In this document: positions 35,317 through 44,668 of the stretch, piece by piece | Numbering within the stretch: position 1 is the stretch's first letter | Layout: each line of letters begins with the position of its first letter | Assembly: GCA_963787445.1 (NCBI GenBank) | Contig: CAWBCT010000005.1 | Location: 416,001-480,000 of the forward strand | Reading direction: 5' to 3' | Length of the DNA: 64,000 nt | DNA from: an uncultured archaeon | GTDB taxonomy: Archaea; Micrarchaeota; Micrarchaeia; Micrarchaeales; CABMGC01 | Notes under the pieces: model-generated | The model's input: only the letters and a program-made list of their open reading frames with translations | Told to the model about the DNA's origin: nothing | Databases searched by the model: none | Translations under genes and position numbers: made by a program

Positions 35317-36570
35317 TTAGGAGAGAAGGCCGTCAAATTGGCTGGAGATAGACGACAACTGGAAGTCATCAGATTTAGAAATTTCATTTACCAGAACCGT
35401 CGCGTAGGAGCCCGACGGGATCTTGAAGTCAAGTTTTACCGTCTTTTCATCAAGTCTGCAACTCATCTCCTTTGCGGGCGCCATCAAAACCCGGTAGGCG
35501 CCCTTCATGCTGAGCTCCGGCATGGTCTTTATCTTGAACTGGTCCTGCGTTACCCCTATCTTCTCCAATGCGCTCTTCGCGTAGCTGCTGATTCTTTCAG
35601 GAGGAGTCTCATAACCCACCAACGGCGCAACCGCAAAATCAGAAGGTTCCGAAGAAATCAGGTCCAGGTTTGGGAAACCATAGGCATCCCGCTGGCATCT
35701 CCGCTCCGTCTCAAGCTCGCCGCTTCTCATCCGCAGCTCAAGCTCCGCATTGAAGATTCCTGACTCAACCGAGTGGACAAACAGGAGCGAGATCCCGCGC
35801 GGCAGCTTCCGCAACGCGTTTGCAGGGTTATCGTACCTGCTCATGTACTCAATGACCGTACGTTCGTAGCCCATACGTTTTGGGAAGTACTCGAGCGCAG
35901 CCTTGAACTCCTGCTCCTCCATCAGCTTCTTGCGCGCAAAACGTGTCTCCTCATCATCTTCGCTGCCCGGATCAGTGAGAAAGCCCATTATTGCCTCCCT
36001 GAACTCTCCCCTTAGTATGTGCATCCCCACCTTGAAGTTGTTCATCCTGTATCCAAACCTTTGCCTGTCAAAGTAGTTCGGGAAAACGCCGCCCAACTCT
36101 CCTATTATCTTCTCCGCCTGCTCCGGATTCTCTGTTTCGCGCAGTGTAATCTCAAATTCATTGCCCAGGTTGCTCCCAAGCTCCACTGGTTCGCCGGCCC
36201 AGGCCCCGTTTATCCACATCTCGTTGAACTTCAGACTCATGACCCGTTCCGGAGTAACGCCGTATAGGCTTGCGAGCTGGGTTGAGACAGAGACCTTGTC
36301 CTTTGCGCCCGAGTAGCCTATCGACTTGCGTCCCCTCCCCAGTATCTTAGCGATTGTAAGGAGCGCCCTAACCGTATCCCAGTTCCTCTTTTGGAGCACG
36401 AAACGCGTGCACGGGGTTGCGGTGCCCTCCTGCTCCCCCAACTCTGCCGCAGAATAGGGTTTTGAGGGCTCCAAAACCATGCCCGAAGCGAGTATTTCCT
36501 TTACAATAAAGTCTTCGGGGGTGCTTTTTATGCGGCCCTTTGTGCCCCTGCTTTTCGACAAGAATAGCAT
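35317..36570 (-). CDS. truD: tRNA pseudouridine(13) synthase TruD
   Basis: PEDFIV.E, YSGAKDK.S.STQ, GNEF.I.LR, FPNYF..QRFG, F.IP.GSYAT. True start about 36570. Confidence 0.93.
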   Translation of the reverse strand: MLFLSKSRGTKGRIKSTPEDFIVKEILASGMVLEPSKPYSAAELGEQEGTATPCTRFVLQKRNWDTVRALLTIAKILGRGRKSIGYSGAKDKVSVSTQLASLYGVTPERVMSLKFNEMWINGAWAGEPVELGSNLGNEFEITLRETENPEQAEKIIGELGGVFPNYFDRQRFGYRMNNFKVGMHILRGEFREAIMGFLTDPGSEDDEETRFARKKLMEEQEFKAALEYFPKRMGYERTVIEYMSRYDNPANALRKLPRGISLLFVHSVESGIFNAELELRMRSGELETERRCQRDAYGFPNLDLISSEPSDFAVAPLVGYETPPERISSYAKSALEKIGVTQDQFKIKTMPELSMKGAYRVLMAPAKEMSCRLDEKTVKLDFKIPSGSYATVLVNEISKSDDFQLSSISSQFDGLLS

Positions 36571-36618
36571 CAAATCTAGGTTAATAAGCTTTCTCTTCCT
36601 ATATAAATCTGTGGTCGG

Positions 36619-37428
36619 ATGGCTGAGGAATCCTTGGTAGAAAAGATGCTTTACCGCCTGATCAAAAAACACATCGCAGGCACCACCATGAGCTCCGCCC
36701 TCGCGAAGGCCGAGGAGCTTAATTCGCGCAAGATTCCAGCATCCATAACCTTCCTTAGCGGCCCGGTTGACAGCAAGTCCAAGGCGCGCTACATAACCAT
36801 AACCTACATGGAGCTGATAAGGCGCATCTCCAGGCTGGGGCTCAAGGCCAGCATACACGTGGCCGAAGAGCAGCTTGGCGCGCAGCTCGACCCATTGAAT
36901 GCACTCAAAAACGCCAACGAGATAGTCGCAACGGGCAACCGGTGCGGCGTCTTTGTCTGGGTGGAGGTGCAGAACCCGGACAGCGCCATGCTGAAGCTCA
37001 ATGGGGCGAAGGGCTACGGCCTGGCCTTCTCCGGGAATGACGCCCGGCGCTTCCTGTTGGGGCATGCGAAGCCCCGCGCAGCCAAGCTGATGTTCGACGA
37101 GAAGGGCAGCTCCACAAAGGCTGAGATAAAGGACCTGAAGGAGCTGCTGAAAGGGATGAACAATGTGGTGCTCGCCTCGCCTCCCGAGGCACTCCTGAAG
37201 AAGTCTGCAGGAACGCTGCTGAAGAACTCGCCGATAGTTCTGGAGTTCAAGCTGGGCTACAGCGCGAGCAAGCTCACAAAGTCTGCGAAGAAGGGCGCAA
37301 TGGTGAGCGTGAGCGTGCCTTTCGGCAAGGACTGGACCGACTTCGCCATGAACCGCGTCCCGGAGAGCCACATGCGCTTCCTTGCCAACAACCTGCTCAA
37401 CGAGAAGCCAGGAGTGAAGGGATCCTAA
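36619..37428 (+). CDS. Degenerate proline dehydrogenase-like protein
   Basis: N-terminal IAG.T...AL..AEELN and C-terminal VPFG.DW...NR..E resemble monofunctional ProDH; core motifs missing. Confidence 0.6.
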   Translation: MAEESLVEKMLYRLIKKHIAGTTMSSALAKAEELNSRKIPASITFLSGPVDSKSKARYITITYMELIRRISRLGLKASIHVAEEQLGAQLDPLNALKNANEIVATGNRCGVFVWVEVQNPDSAMLKLNGAKGYGLAFSGNDARRFLLGHAKPRAAKLMFDEKGSSTKAEIKDLKELLKGMNNVVLASPPEALLKKSAGTLLKNSPIVLEFKLGYSASKLTKSAKKGAMVSVSVPFGKDWTDFAMNRVPESHMRFLANNLLNEKPGVKGS

Positions 37429-38417
37429 TGCCAACCAAAACCCCAAAACGCCACGTAAAGAGGCCTGCAAAGGAGACGGTCCTGGTCACCGGCGCCACCG
37501 GCAGGCTTGGCCACAGGCTTTCAAGAGAGCTCCTGAAGAGCGGCGTCACCGTGAGAGCGCTCATAAACCTCCATGAACACGCTACAAGGCTCCCACCCGG
37601 CACCATCCCATTCGTAGGCGATATAACGGACCAGGGCACGCTCCGCACCGCCTGCGAGGGCGTTGACACCATATACCATTTCGCCGCCATAGTCAGCCAG
37701 CACAAGTTTGGCCCGAAGGAGATAATGCGCGTCAACTCGCTCGGCACCACCCACGTACTGGAGGCCGCGGAGCATGCCGGCGCAAGGCACCTGATCTTCC
37801 CGAGCTCGGTAGATGTGTACGGCTCAAACAGAAGCGAGGTGCTCACCGAGGATGCGCCGCTGAAGCCAAACGACATGTACGGCCACAGCAAGATGGTCGC
37901 GGAGAGGCAGATAGTGGAGTTCGGAGGGACAACCGGCTACACGATCTTCAGGACCGCCACAATTTATGGGAAGGGCTTTGAGAACTCTTTCTTCAAGGTG
38001 TTCAAGCTCATAAAGTCGGGCAAGGGGTACCTCATAGGCAGCGCGAAGAACAACCTTGCACTGATTCACATTGACGATGTCGTGCGCGCCATGCTTCTTG
38101 CAAAGGACGCGAAACCGAGGCAGAGCATCTACAACCTTGCGGACGGGAGGCCCCACACCCAGGAGTCGCTCATGCAGATGGCCGCGGAGCTGCTTGGCGC
38201 GCCCATCCCCCGCAAGCACGTAAGCACCGTTGTGGTGAGGCTGCTGGCACGGCAGATCGGCCTTGACGCGGACGAGCTGCGCTTCGTGACGAGCAACAGG
38301 CTTATCGACATAGCCAGGATACGCAAGGAGCTCGGATTCAACCCGCGCGTAACGGTGAGAAGCGGGGCCAAGGAGCTTGCGGATGAATTCTTAAAGCATT
38401 ATAAAAACATGGCATGA
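37428..38417 (+). CDS. NAD-dependent epimerase/dehydratase (extended SDR)
   Basis: LVTGATG.LG, YH.AA, SS..VYG, YGHSK. Confidence 0.9.
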   Translation: MPTKTPKRHVKRPAKETVLVTGATGRLGHRLSRELLKSGVTVRALINLHEHATRLPPGTIPFVGDITDQGTLRTACEGVDTIYHFAAIVSQHKFGPKEIMRVNSLGTTHVLEAAEHAGARHLIFPSSVDVYGSNRSEVLTEDAPLKPNDMYGHSKMVAERQIVEFGGTTGYTIFRTATIYGKGFENSFFKVFKLIKSGKGYLIGSAKNNLALIHIDDVVRAMLLAKDAKPRQSIYNLADGRPHTQESLMQMAAELLGAPIPRKHVSTVVVRLLARQIGLDADELRFVTSNRLIDIARIRKELGFNPRVTVRSGAKELADEFLKHYKNMA

Positions 38418-38421
38418 TCTT

Positions 38422-39219
38422 ATGGCAAACAAAGCTGTGAATAGGAAGACCGAGAGATACATCAACGAGAGCCTGGACGAGAGAGGCGCGCTTCTCTTCA
38501 CCGTGGTGGATCCGGTGGACTACCACTCTCCCGAGATCGCGATAAAGACCGCGATAAGCGCTGCAAAAGGCGGTTCAGACCTGATCCTGATCGGCGGGAG
38601 CATAGGGGCCCAGGGAGAGCTGCTGGATGACGTTACAAAGAGCATAAAGGAGAAGGTCGATGTGCCGGTGGTGCTGTTTCCTGGAAACATAGCCACCATC
38701 ACCAAGTATGCTGACGCGCTTTACTTCATGTCGCTACTGAACGCCAGAAACCCCTACTGGATAACCCAGGCGCAGATGCTTTCCGCACCCCTGATAAAGA
38801 GGATGGGCGTCGAGCCGCTACCTGTGGGTTACATAGTGGTCTCGCCGGGAGGCACGGTGGGCTGGGTCGGCGACGTAAACCTGGTGCCCCGCGAGAAGCC
38901 CTCCATAGCGGCGGCGCTCGCGCTCGCCGGAGAGTATCTGGGCAACCGCTTCATAATAACCGACGTGGGCTCGAACCCGCAGATGCAGGGCTACTCCGCA
39001 GTACCCTTGGAGATGATAAAGGCGGTGAGCAGCGTTGTAAGCGTGCCCTACATAGTCGCGGGGGGCATAAGAGACGAAGCCACGGTACGCCAGTCGCTCA
39101 AGGCCGGGGCAGACATAGTGCAGATCGGGACCGCGATAGAGCAGTCGAAGGCGGCGAGCGCGAAGTCCCAGTTCTTCGCCAAGATAGTCAAGGAAGAGGG
39201 GGCCAAGAAGCTCCGCTAA
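38422..39219 (+). CDS. Geranylgeranylglyceryl phosphate synthase (group II)
   Basis: DP, ILIGGS, PVVLFPG, FMSLLN.RNPYWI, GYIVV.PG..VG, GGIR. Confidence 0.92.
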   Translation: MANKAVNRKTERYINESLDERGALLFTVVDPVDYHSPEIAIKTAISAAKGGSDLILIGGSIGAQGELLDDVTKSIKEKVDVPVVLFPGNIATITKYADALYFMSLLNARNPYWITQAQMLSAPLIKRMGVEPLPVGYIVVSPGGTVGWVGDVNLVPREKPSIAAALALAGEYLGNRFIITDVGSNPQMQGYSAVPLEMIKAVSSVVSVPYIVAGGIRDEATVRQSLKAGADIVQIGTAIEQSKAASAKSQFFAKIVKEEGAKKLR

Positions 39220-40343
39220 TGGTTTTGGCAATGCGAGACATCACAGCACTAGAGATAAGCGCTGTGGTAACCGAGCTGAAGGGGAGCATAGAGGGCGCCT
39301 GGCTGAAGAAGTTCTACGATCTGGGAGATGAGGCCTTCAAGTTTGCATTCCACAAGGACGGAGTAACATCAATCCTGTACATCAAGCTGCGGCAGACTAT
39401 GAACCTCACGAAGTACACCGAAAAGGCAGAAGAGGCGATGGGTTTCTCCATGGGCATGCGCAAGAGGCTCGAGAACCAGATGCTCGGGAAGGTGGAGCAG
39501 GTCGCAAATGACCGCATAGTAGCGTTTGAATTTGCACGGGGCGCCTACAGGCTGGTCGTCGAGATGTTCGGAAAGGGCAACATGATACTCACCAACGGCG
39601 ATGGCGTCGTGGAAGTCTGTTACCGGAGGATAGACCAGAAGGAGCGAATAGTAAAGCCAGGGATAAAATACGTCCCGCCCCACGATAACGAGACGCTGCC
39701 GGTGGAAAAGATAACGAAGTCCACTGCCGCATCGCTCGTCAATGGGATGACCATAGAGAAAGGAGCCATCTCCTCCCTCGCGCTGAAGCTCAACCTGGGC
39801 CCAGTCTACCTGGAGGACCTTCTCCTCCGTTCTGGAATCGAGCCGAAAGAGCCGGAGCTTGACGACGACCAGAAAGAAAAGCTGGCCAACGAGATACTTG
39901 AACTGAGGCACAGGCTTGATTCAGAGAAGCCAAGGGCGTATCTAAATGGCAAGACCGTTCAGGATTACTCACTTTTCCAGCTTAGGAAGTATGAAGGATT
40001 AGAAACCAAGGAGTTCAAGAGCGTATCCGAGATGCTCGACTACGTCCACATTGTAGAAAGGTCCTCGATGAAAGACACGGCAAAGGCGGAACGGATAAGG
40101 GAGCTCACGCTGAATATCCAAAAGCAGCAGGAGCTGGTGGACACCCTGGAGAAACAGACCACGGATTACGCCAAGTACGGCCATGCGCTGCTCCTCCACA
40201 TGCAGCCGATAAACGAGCTAGAGAGATATCTCGAAGCCAACAGGAAGGCAACCCTGAAGGAAGTGCAAGAGCGATTTCCGGCGCTGAAGATAATAGGCCT
40301 CGACCTAAAGAATAAAACAGTTAAGATAGAAGTAGATGCGTGA
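39219..40343 (+). CDS. NFACT/RqcH family protein, N-terminal domains only
   Basis: F.M.MRKRL, DRIV, LVVEMFGKGNMIL, HhH LGP.Y, coiled coil; no NFACT-R domain. Confidence 0.8.
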   Translation: MVLAMRDITALEISAVVTELKGSIEGAWLKKFYDLGDEAFKFAFHKDGVTSILYIKLRQTMNLTKYTEKAEEAMGFSMGMRKRLENQMLGKVEQVANDRIVAFEFARGAYRLVVEMFGKGNMILTNGDGVVEVCYRRIDQKERIVKPGIKYVPPHDNETLPVEKITKSTAASLVNGMTIEKGAISSLALKLNLGPVYLEDLLLRSGIEPKEPELDDDQKEKLANEILELRHRLDSEKPRAYLNGKTVQDYSLFQLRKYEGLETKEFKSVSEMLDYVHIVERSSMKDTAKAERIRELTLNIQKQQELVDTLEKQTTDYAKYGHALLLHMQPINELERYLEANRKATLKEVQERFPALKIIGLDLKNKTVKIEVDA

Positions 40344-41238
40344 GAACTTGATTGACATAACCTTCCTGGGAACTTCTGGCGCCTCGCCGACCAAGGAGCG
40401 CAGCCTGCCATCCATAGCCCTTTCCTACGATGGCAACCTCTTCCTGCTCGACTGCGGAGAGGGCACCCAGTTCCAGCTCCTGAAGTACGGGATCAGCCCG
40501 CAGCGCCTAAAAGCCATATTCATAACCCACATCCACGGCGACCACACCATTGGCATAGCCGGTCTTGTCCGCACGCTGGCGCTCAACAAGCGCAGGGAGG
40601 AGCTGAAGATCTTCGTGCCCAAGGGATTCGAAAACCAGATAAAGAACCTGCTAAACTTTGACAAGCCGCTTCTTGGCTATGAGATACGCGTCATCGGGAT
40701 AACCTCCGGCCCTGTGTACAGCGGCAAGAACTTTCAGATCTCTGCGTTCAGGTTAAATCACAACGTTCCCACCTACGGCTACTCATTCAAGGAGAACGAC
40801 AAGATCAATTTCATCCCGGGAAAGGCAAAGAAGCTGGGAATAAAGGGCACGATGTTCTCCGAACTCACAAGGAAAGGGCACCTGAATGTGAATGGGAGAA
40901 GGATAAGCCTTTCAAGCATAACAACCCTGACTCCGGGAAAGAAGGTTGTCTACGCCACAGATACGCGGCCAACGGCAGAAGTCATCAAGAACGCGAGCGG
41001 CGCCGACCTGCTAATACACGAATCCTCATTCGGAGAGGAGCACAAGCTCCTCGCGCTCCAAAGGAAGCATGCGACCGCCATCGAGGCAGCAACGCTTGCA
41101 AAGAAGGCTAAGGCGAAGAGGCTGGTACTCACACACTTCAGCGCAAGATACCGCGATACGAAGCAGCTGGTGAAGGAAGCAAGATCGGTTTTTATGAATA
41201 CAACCGCGGCAACAGACGGTTATAAATTACATATTTAA
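40336..41238 (+). CDS. rnz: Ribonuclease Z
   Basis: FLGT...P..ER, DCGEGTQ, THIHGDH, DTRP, IHESSF, LTHFSARY. Confidence 0.95.
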   Translation: MRENLIDITFLGTSGASPTKERSLPSIALSYDGNLFLLDCGEGTQFQLLKYGISPQRLKAIFITHIHGDHTIGIAGLVRTLALNKRREELKIFVPKGFENQIKNLLNFDKPLLGYEIRVIGITSGPVYSGKNFQISAFRLNHNVPTYGYSFKENDKINFIPGKAKKLGIKGTMFSELTRKGHLNVNGRRISLSSITTLTPGKKVVYATDTRPTAEVIKNASGADLLIHESSFGEEHKLLALQRKHATAIEAATLAKKAKAKRLVLTHFSARYRDTKQLVKEARSVFMNTTAATDGYKLHI

Positions 41239-41253
41239 CATAGACTTATCCGC

Positions 41254-41324
41254 GGGGGTATCGTCTAGTGGTAGGACGGCAGATTGACATTCTGCAAGCA
41301 GGAGTTCAATTCTCCTTACCCCCA
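41254..41324 (+). tRNA. tRNA-Val(GAC)
   Basis: GGGGGTA/TACCCCC-A acceptor, anticodon arm GCAGA-TTGACAT-TCTGC, T-arm AGGAG-TTCAATT-CTCCT. Confidence 0.88.
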
Positions 41325-41332
41325 CTTCGGCA

Positions 41333-41872
41333 CTAGGGCGTGTTAGGGAACGAGTTGGAGGTCGAGGCCTTTACTACGATGGTGCCCACCGTTGACTCCT
41401 GCACCTGTGTGCTAACCAGGTAGTTCACCAAAGTGTAGTTTATCACTATGGACCCGTTGTACACTCCTCCCAAGTTCGTTGAGAATAGCGAGTTTGATGT
41501 TGTGTAGCACTGAACCGTGAAATTTCGCTGCGACCCAACCGGCATGTAAAGCTTATTCGAAGGAGGATTGTAGGGCGCCCGTACGTTCCTATAGGCCAGA
41601 CTCTGGTAGCAACCTATTCCCGTAACGTTTATCGGGTTGCTCGTATCCTGCAGCATGGTCAGTCGGACAATCCCATTCACATTCATCGCATAGGTCACGC
41701 ATTCGAAGCCCGTTGGCGCCACGCACTGCTGCGGCGCGCTGTTCAGGCTGCCGAATACACCCAGGCTGTAGAGCCCAACGAGTGCTATCGCGGTTACCAT
41801 TATCACCCAGCCGTAGGTGACCAGGTACTCCATGGCGCTCTGCAGTTTCACCGGTGTGCGAAAAGACCGCAT
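41333..41872 (-). CDS. Class III signal peptide pilin-like protein
   Basis: KLQSAMEYLVTYGW plus hydrophobic helix; Cys pattern shared with the N-terminal half of 10625-11740. Confidence 0.85.
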   Translation of the reverse strand: MRSFRTPVKLQSAMEYLVTYGWVIMVTAIALVGLYSLGVFGSLNSAPQQCVAPTGFECVTYAMNVNGIVRLTMLQDTSNPINVTGIGCYQSLAYRNVRAPYNPPSNKLYMPVGSQRNFTVQCYTTSNSLFSTNLGGVYNGSIVINYTLVNYLVSTQVQESTVGTIVVKASTSNSFPNTP

Positions 41873-41940
41873 GCTATCTCATTGGACGATTGATTTTAAA
41901 TACGCATTAGCTTAAGCCGAAGCCGTGCGAAAATTAGCCC

Positions 41941-42258
41941 TCACTTCAGGACAACATTGCCCTGCGAGTCGGTCGTCTTCTTGAGGTTCTTTTTGTTGCT
42001 TTCAATCTTGTCCATCAGCGCCTTCTGCAGGTCGGTGTTCGGGCACTTAACCTGCATCAGCTCCAGAAGATAGTGCATGACGTCCGCAAACTCCTCCGCG
42101 ATTATCTTTTCCTCCTCTTTCTTTAGCACGGACTGCCCAAGCTCGCCTACCTCTATGTTAAGTGCGCTGAAAAGCCAGAGCCAGTCCCTGTTCCATCCCT
42201 TGAACCTGTAAAGCTCGTCTATGTTCGTCCTGAGCTGGTCCAGGCTAAGTTTTTCCAT
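41941..42258 (-). CDS. MazG-like nucleotide pyrophosphohydrolase
   Basis: EVGEL...EEFADV motif, 105 aa. Confidence 0.85.
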   Translation of the reverse strand: MEKLSLDQLRTNIDELYRFKGWNRDWLWLFSALNIEVGELGQSVLKKEEEKIIAEEFADVMHYLLELMQVKCPNTDLQKALMDKIESNKKNLKKTTDSQGNVVLK

Positions 42259-42270
42259 GCCCGCCGCCGC

Positions 42271-42528
42271 TCACTTGGCCTTCTTCGGTGCGGAATGCGG
42301 CTCACGCTCCTTTATCTCAAGGAACGTGTCCAGCTCCTGCTTGTTGCCCAGGTCTATCTTCTGGTTAAGGAACTCCAGGTGCTTAACGTTGCACTTCCTG
42401 TCCTTCGGCCTCGAGACGCTCCTCACATGGACGAAGTTCTTGTCCACGACCTTCGTTATCACTGCCCTATTCCCTGCATCCCTTCCCAGCTTCTTCACAC
42501 ATACGCGTCCTACTTCTAACAATGGCAT
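42271..42528 (-). CDS. rpl14e: 50S ribosomal protein L14e
   Basis: EVGRVCVK..GRDAG...VI...D.NFV, N.KHLE. Confidence 0.93.
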   Translation of the reverse strand: MPLLEVGRVCVKKLGRDAGNRAVITKVVDKNFVHVRSVSRPKDRKCNVKHLEFLNQKIDLGNKQELDTFLEIKEREPHSAPKKAK

Positions 42529-42531
42529 AAA

Positions 42532-43095
42532 TTACACCTTTTTAGCATGCTCCTTTATGATGATCTCCGCGACCTCCTCCGGGGTCCGCTTATCCGTCTC
42601 TATGACGAGGTTAAATGGGGAGGTATCATTCCCAAGATTAATATGGTAAAGTTCCATATATAGCTTGTGGTTCTCCCTGTCCCTCTCGCTGACCACCTGC
42701 TTTGACTCCTTCATGTCCGTGTCGTCCCTCTTCGCCATGCGCTCTGCCCTGGTGGTTGTTGAAGCGTTTAACCACACTTTGAAGCCCTCCTTGAACAGCC
42801 AGGGCACGGCCCAGCTCGTGATGACAATATTACCCCTTTTTATCTTTTCATGCAGCCTCCTGTCGGTCTCCCTGTCAAAATCCGGGTTGGTCTCCCTCTC
42901 CTTCAGGAACTTCAGGCCCTCCGGCATGTCCCACCAATCACTGCCGCCTGGCCGGTAGCCTCTTTCCACGGCCATCTCCTTGAGAATGTCCCCTCCGCCG
43001 ACCAGCGGGACCTTCAAGCGCTCGGCTAGAATCTTTGAAACGCTGGTCTTTCCAGATGCTGCCATGCCCGAGATGATTATCGCGTCCATGGCCAA
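42532..43095 (-). CDS. cmk: Cytidylate kinase
   Basis: ISG.AASGKTS, KEMA.ERG, RAER.AKRD; conserved position between rpl34e and rpl14e. Confidence 0.88.
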   Translation of the reverse strand: MAMDAIIISGMAASGKTSVSKILAERLKVPLVGGGDILKEMAVERGYRPGGSDWWDMPEGLKFLKERETNPDFDRETDRRLHEKIKRGNIVITSWAVPWLFKEGFKVWLNASTTTRAERMAKRDDTDMKESKQVVSERDRENHKLYMELYHINLGNDTSPFNLVIETDKRTPEEVAEIIIKEHAKKV

Positions 43096-43105
43096 GCCCT
43101 AGGGA

Positions 43106-43429
43106 TTAATGCGAAATCATCTGCAAGACGTAGGAACGCTGCCTTATGCTTATGTCGCCCAGCTTCATCTCCCCCTGCTCGATCCTGCTGGCGGACTTTA
43201 TCACGCCGCTCGCGCAGGTGGCGCACAGGACGCCGCCGAAGAGCCTTGAGTTGGTCCTCCTGCTCCTTCCGCCGCTCCTGGAGAGCGTTATCCCGTTCAG
43301 CTCGGCCTTGCAGATGGCGCAGTGGGGAAGGCTGTTCTTCTTCCTCTCATAGTGAATAGTATTCCTCCCTGAGGGGGTGACCCTCGAGAGTCTCCTCATG
43401 CTCCTTGATCTATGCATTGGTTTTGGCAC
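43106..43429 (-). CDS. rpl34e: 50S ribosomal protein L34e
   Basis: RSRS.RR...TPSGR, CAIC..EL.G, R.FGGVLC..C. Confidence 0.93.
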   Translation of the reverse strand: MPKPMHRSRSMRRLSRVTPSGRNTIHYERKKNSLPHCAICKAELNGITLSRSGGRSRRTNSRLFGGVLCATCASGVIKSASRIEQGEMKLGDISIRQRSYVLQMISH

Positions 43430-43488
43430 ATTAACACCGTTCTTTAAGTATAGAGTAGATATGGTTATTGCTCAATAAAGCTATTTAT

Positions 43489-44013
43489 CTATTGTGGCTG
43501 GGCCGGCTGAACCGGCTGCTGGGACTCCTGCTGCGGCTCCTTGTGGGACGGCTGTATCAGCCCGAAGTTGTACTTGTCCTTGAGCCTCCTGCGGTCAAAA
43601 ATCGAGAGGGCTATCGAGAGGACTATTCCCGCCACGAATATGACTACGAAGAAGGTGAGCTGGTATCCAAGCGTGAAACCCAGGAGGTTTACGCTGAAGT
43701 TCGTGCCCGCAAACACGTTCGGAAGTATCAGGTACTCGATTACGGCAAGGACCGGCAGTATCACTATCATCGGCTTCATCTGGTTCTTCATGCTCTGCAT
43801 GCTCAGCTCGGTCAGCTCGCGCTGCTTTGCGCTGAGCTTCTCCGGTGCCTCCTTGTTCTTGGACATGGCTATGAGCTCCTTGGTCTTGTGGTTCATGTGG
43901 GCGCGTATCTCGTACATCTTGTCGACGCCGGCGAGCTTGCGCTGCATGAGTATCGAGAAGCCAGCATAGGCTAAGCCTCCTACCACGATTCCTGCTGTCA
44001 AGATGTCGATCAT
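43489..44013 (-). CDS. DUF106 / EMC3-TMCO1 (Oxa1 superfamily) membrane protein
   Basis: TM - coiled coil (SMKNQMKPM) - 2 TM; conserved position between adk and rpl34e. Confidence 0.8.
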   Translation of the reverse strand: MIDILTAGIVVGGLAYAGFSILMQRKLAGVDKMYEIRAHMNHKTKELIAMSKNKEAPEKLSAKQRELTELSMQSMKNQMKPMIVILPVLAVIEYLILPNVFAGTNFSVNLLGFTLGYQLTFFVVIFVAGIVLSIALSIFDRRRLKDKYNFGLIQPSHKEPQQESQQPVQPAQPQ

Positions 44014-44026
44014 CCAATCACTACTT

Positions 44027-44575
44027 TTACGCTAGAGCCTCCCTTATCGCCTGCTGTACCTCCTTTGTGGCCTCTTCCACCATGTTTCTCTTGTTTTGTA
44101 TGATATATAATGCTGCGCCGAGCTCCTGGGCGTAGTAGGTTGCGAGGCTGATGTTGACGTCCCGCTGCTCGTCTATCTCGTCCGCGGTCTCGTCCTCCCT
44201 CTTCCTCGTCGTGTCCCTAATGCGCCTGAGTAGGATCTCCACCGCAGAGGCGTCCAGGTAGATTATCGCCCGTACGTCCTTCAGCATGGCCAGGTCCTCT
44301 TTTGAGAGGCCGGCGATGTACCTGTTGCCCCTCCTCACGGAGGTGTGGGTGTCTATGATCACATGCCCCTTGATATCGTTTATGTCGTCGAAGACGGTCT
44401 TCCTCATCTCGACTATCTCCTCCTTCTTCAGGGCCCTTATGTTGTCGCGCCCGATCTTCTTGTTTGTGTGCTTGAGCATCTCTGTGCCCATATTGAAGAC
44501 CCTGATGTTCTTCAGCTTCGAGATGATCGTGGTCTTGCCGCAACCCGGCGTCCCCGTTATTATTATTTTACCCAT
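44027..44575 (-). CDS. adkA: Archaeal adenylate kinase
   Basis: GTPGCGKTT, RD.IR, IIDTH, AGL, RR.RD.TR.R. Confidence 0.88.
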   Translation of the reverse strand: MGKIIITGTPGCGKTTIISKLKNIRVFNMGTEMLKHTNKKIGRDNIRALKKEEIVEMRKTVFDDINDIKGHVIIDTHTSVRRGNRYIAGLSKEDLAMLKDVRAIIYLDASAVEILLRRIRDTTRKREDETADEIDEQRDVNISLATYYAQELGAALYIIQNKRNMVEEATKEVQQAIREALA

Positions 44576-44668
44576 CGAACTCTTCTCCTAACACTTACGA
44601 TAATACACGCAAAAATAAAAGGATTCGCAAAACAACAAACGCGAACCAAAACTAACCGGTCTGGCTCA

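Noticed and set aside
36571-37470. Apparent 717-aa TruD with a 300-aa N-terminal extension
   Set aside because: The extension is the antisense shadow of the plus-strand ProDH-like gene; TruD homology starts at about 36570.
41254-42258. Possible integrated element at tRNA-Val (pilin + MazG downstream)
   Set aside because: No integrase, no duplicated tRNA 3' end, and ribosomal genes resume immediately.
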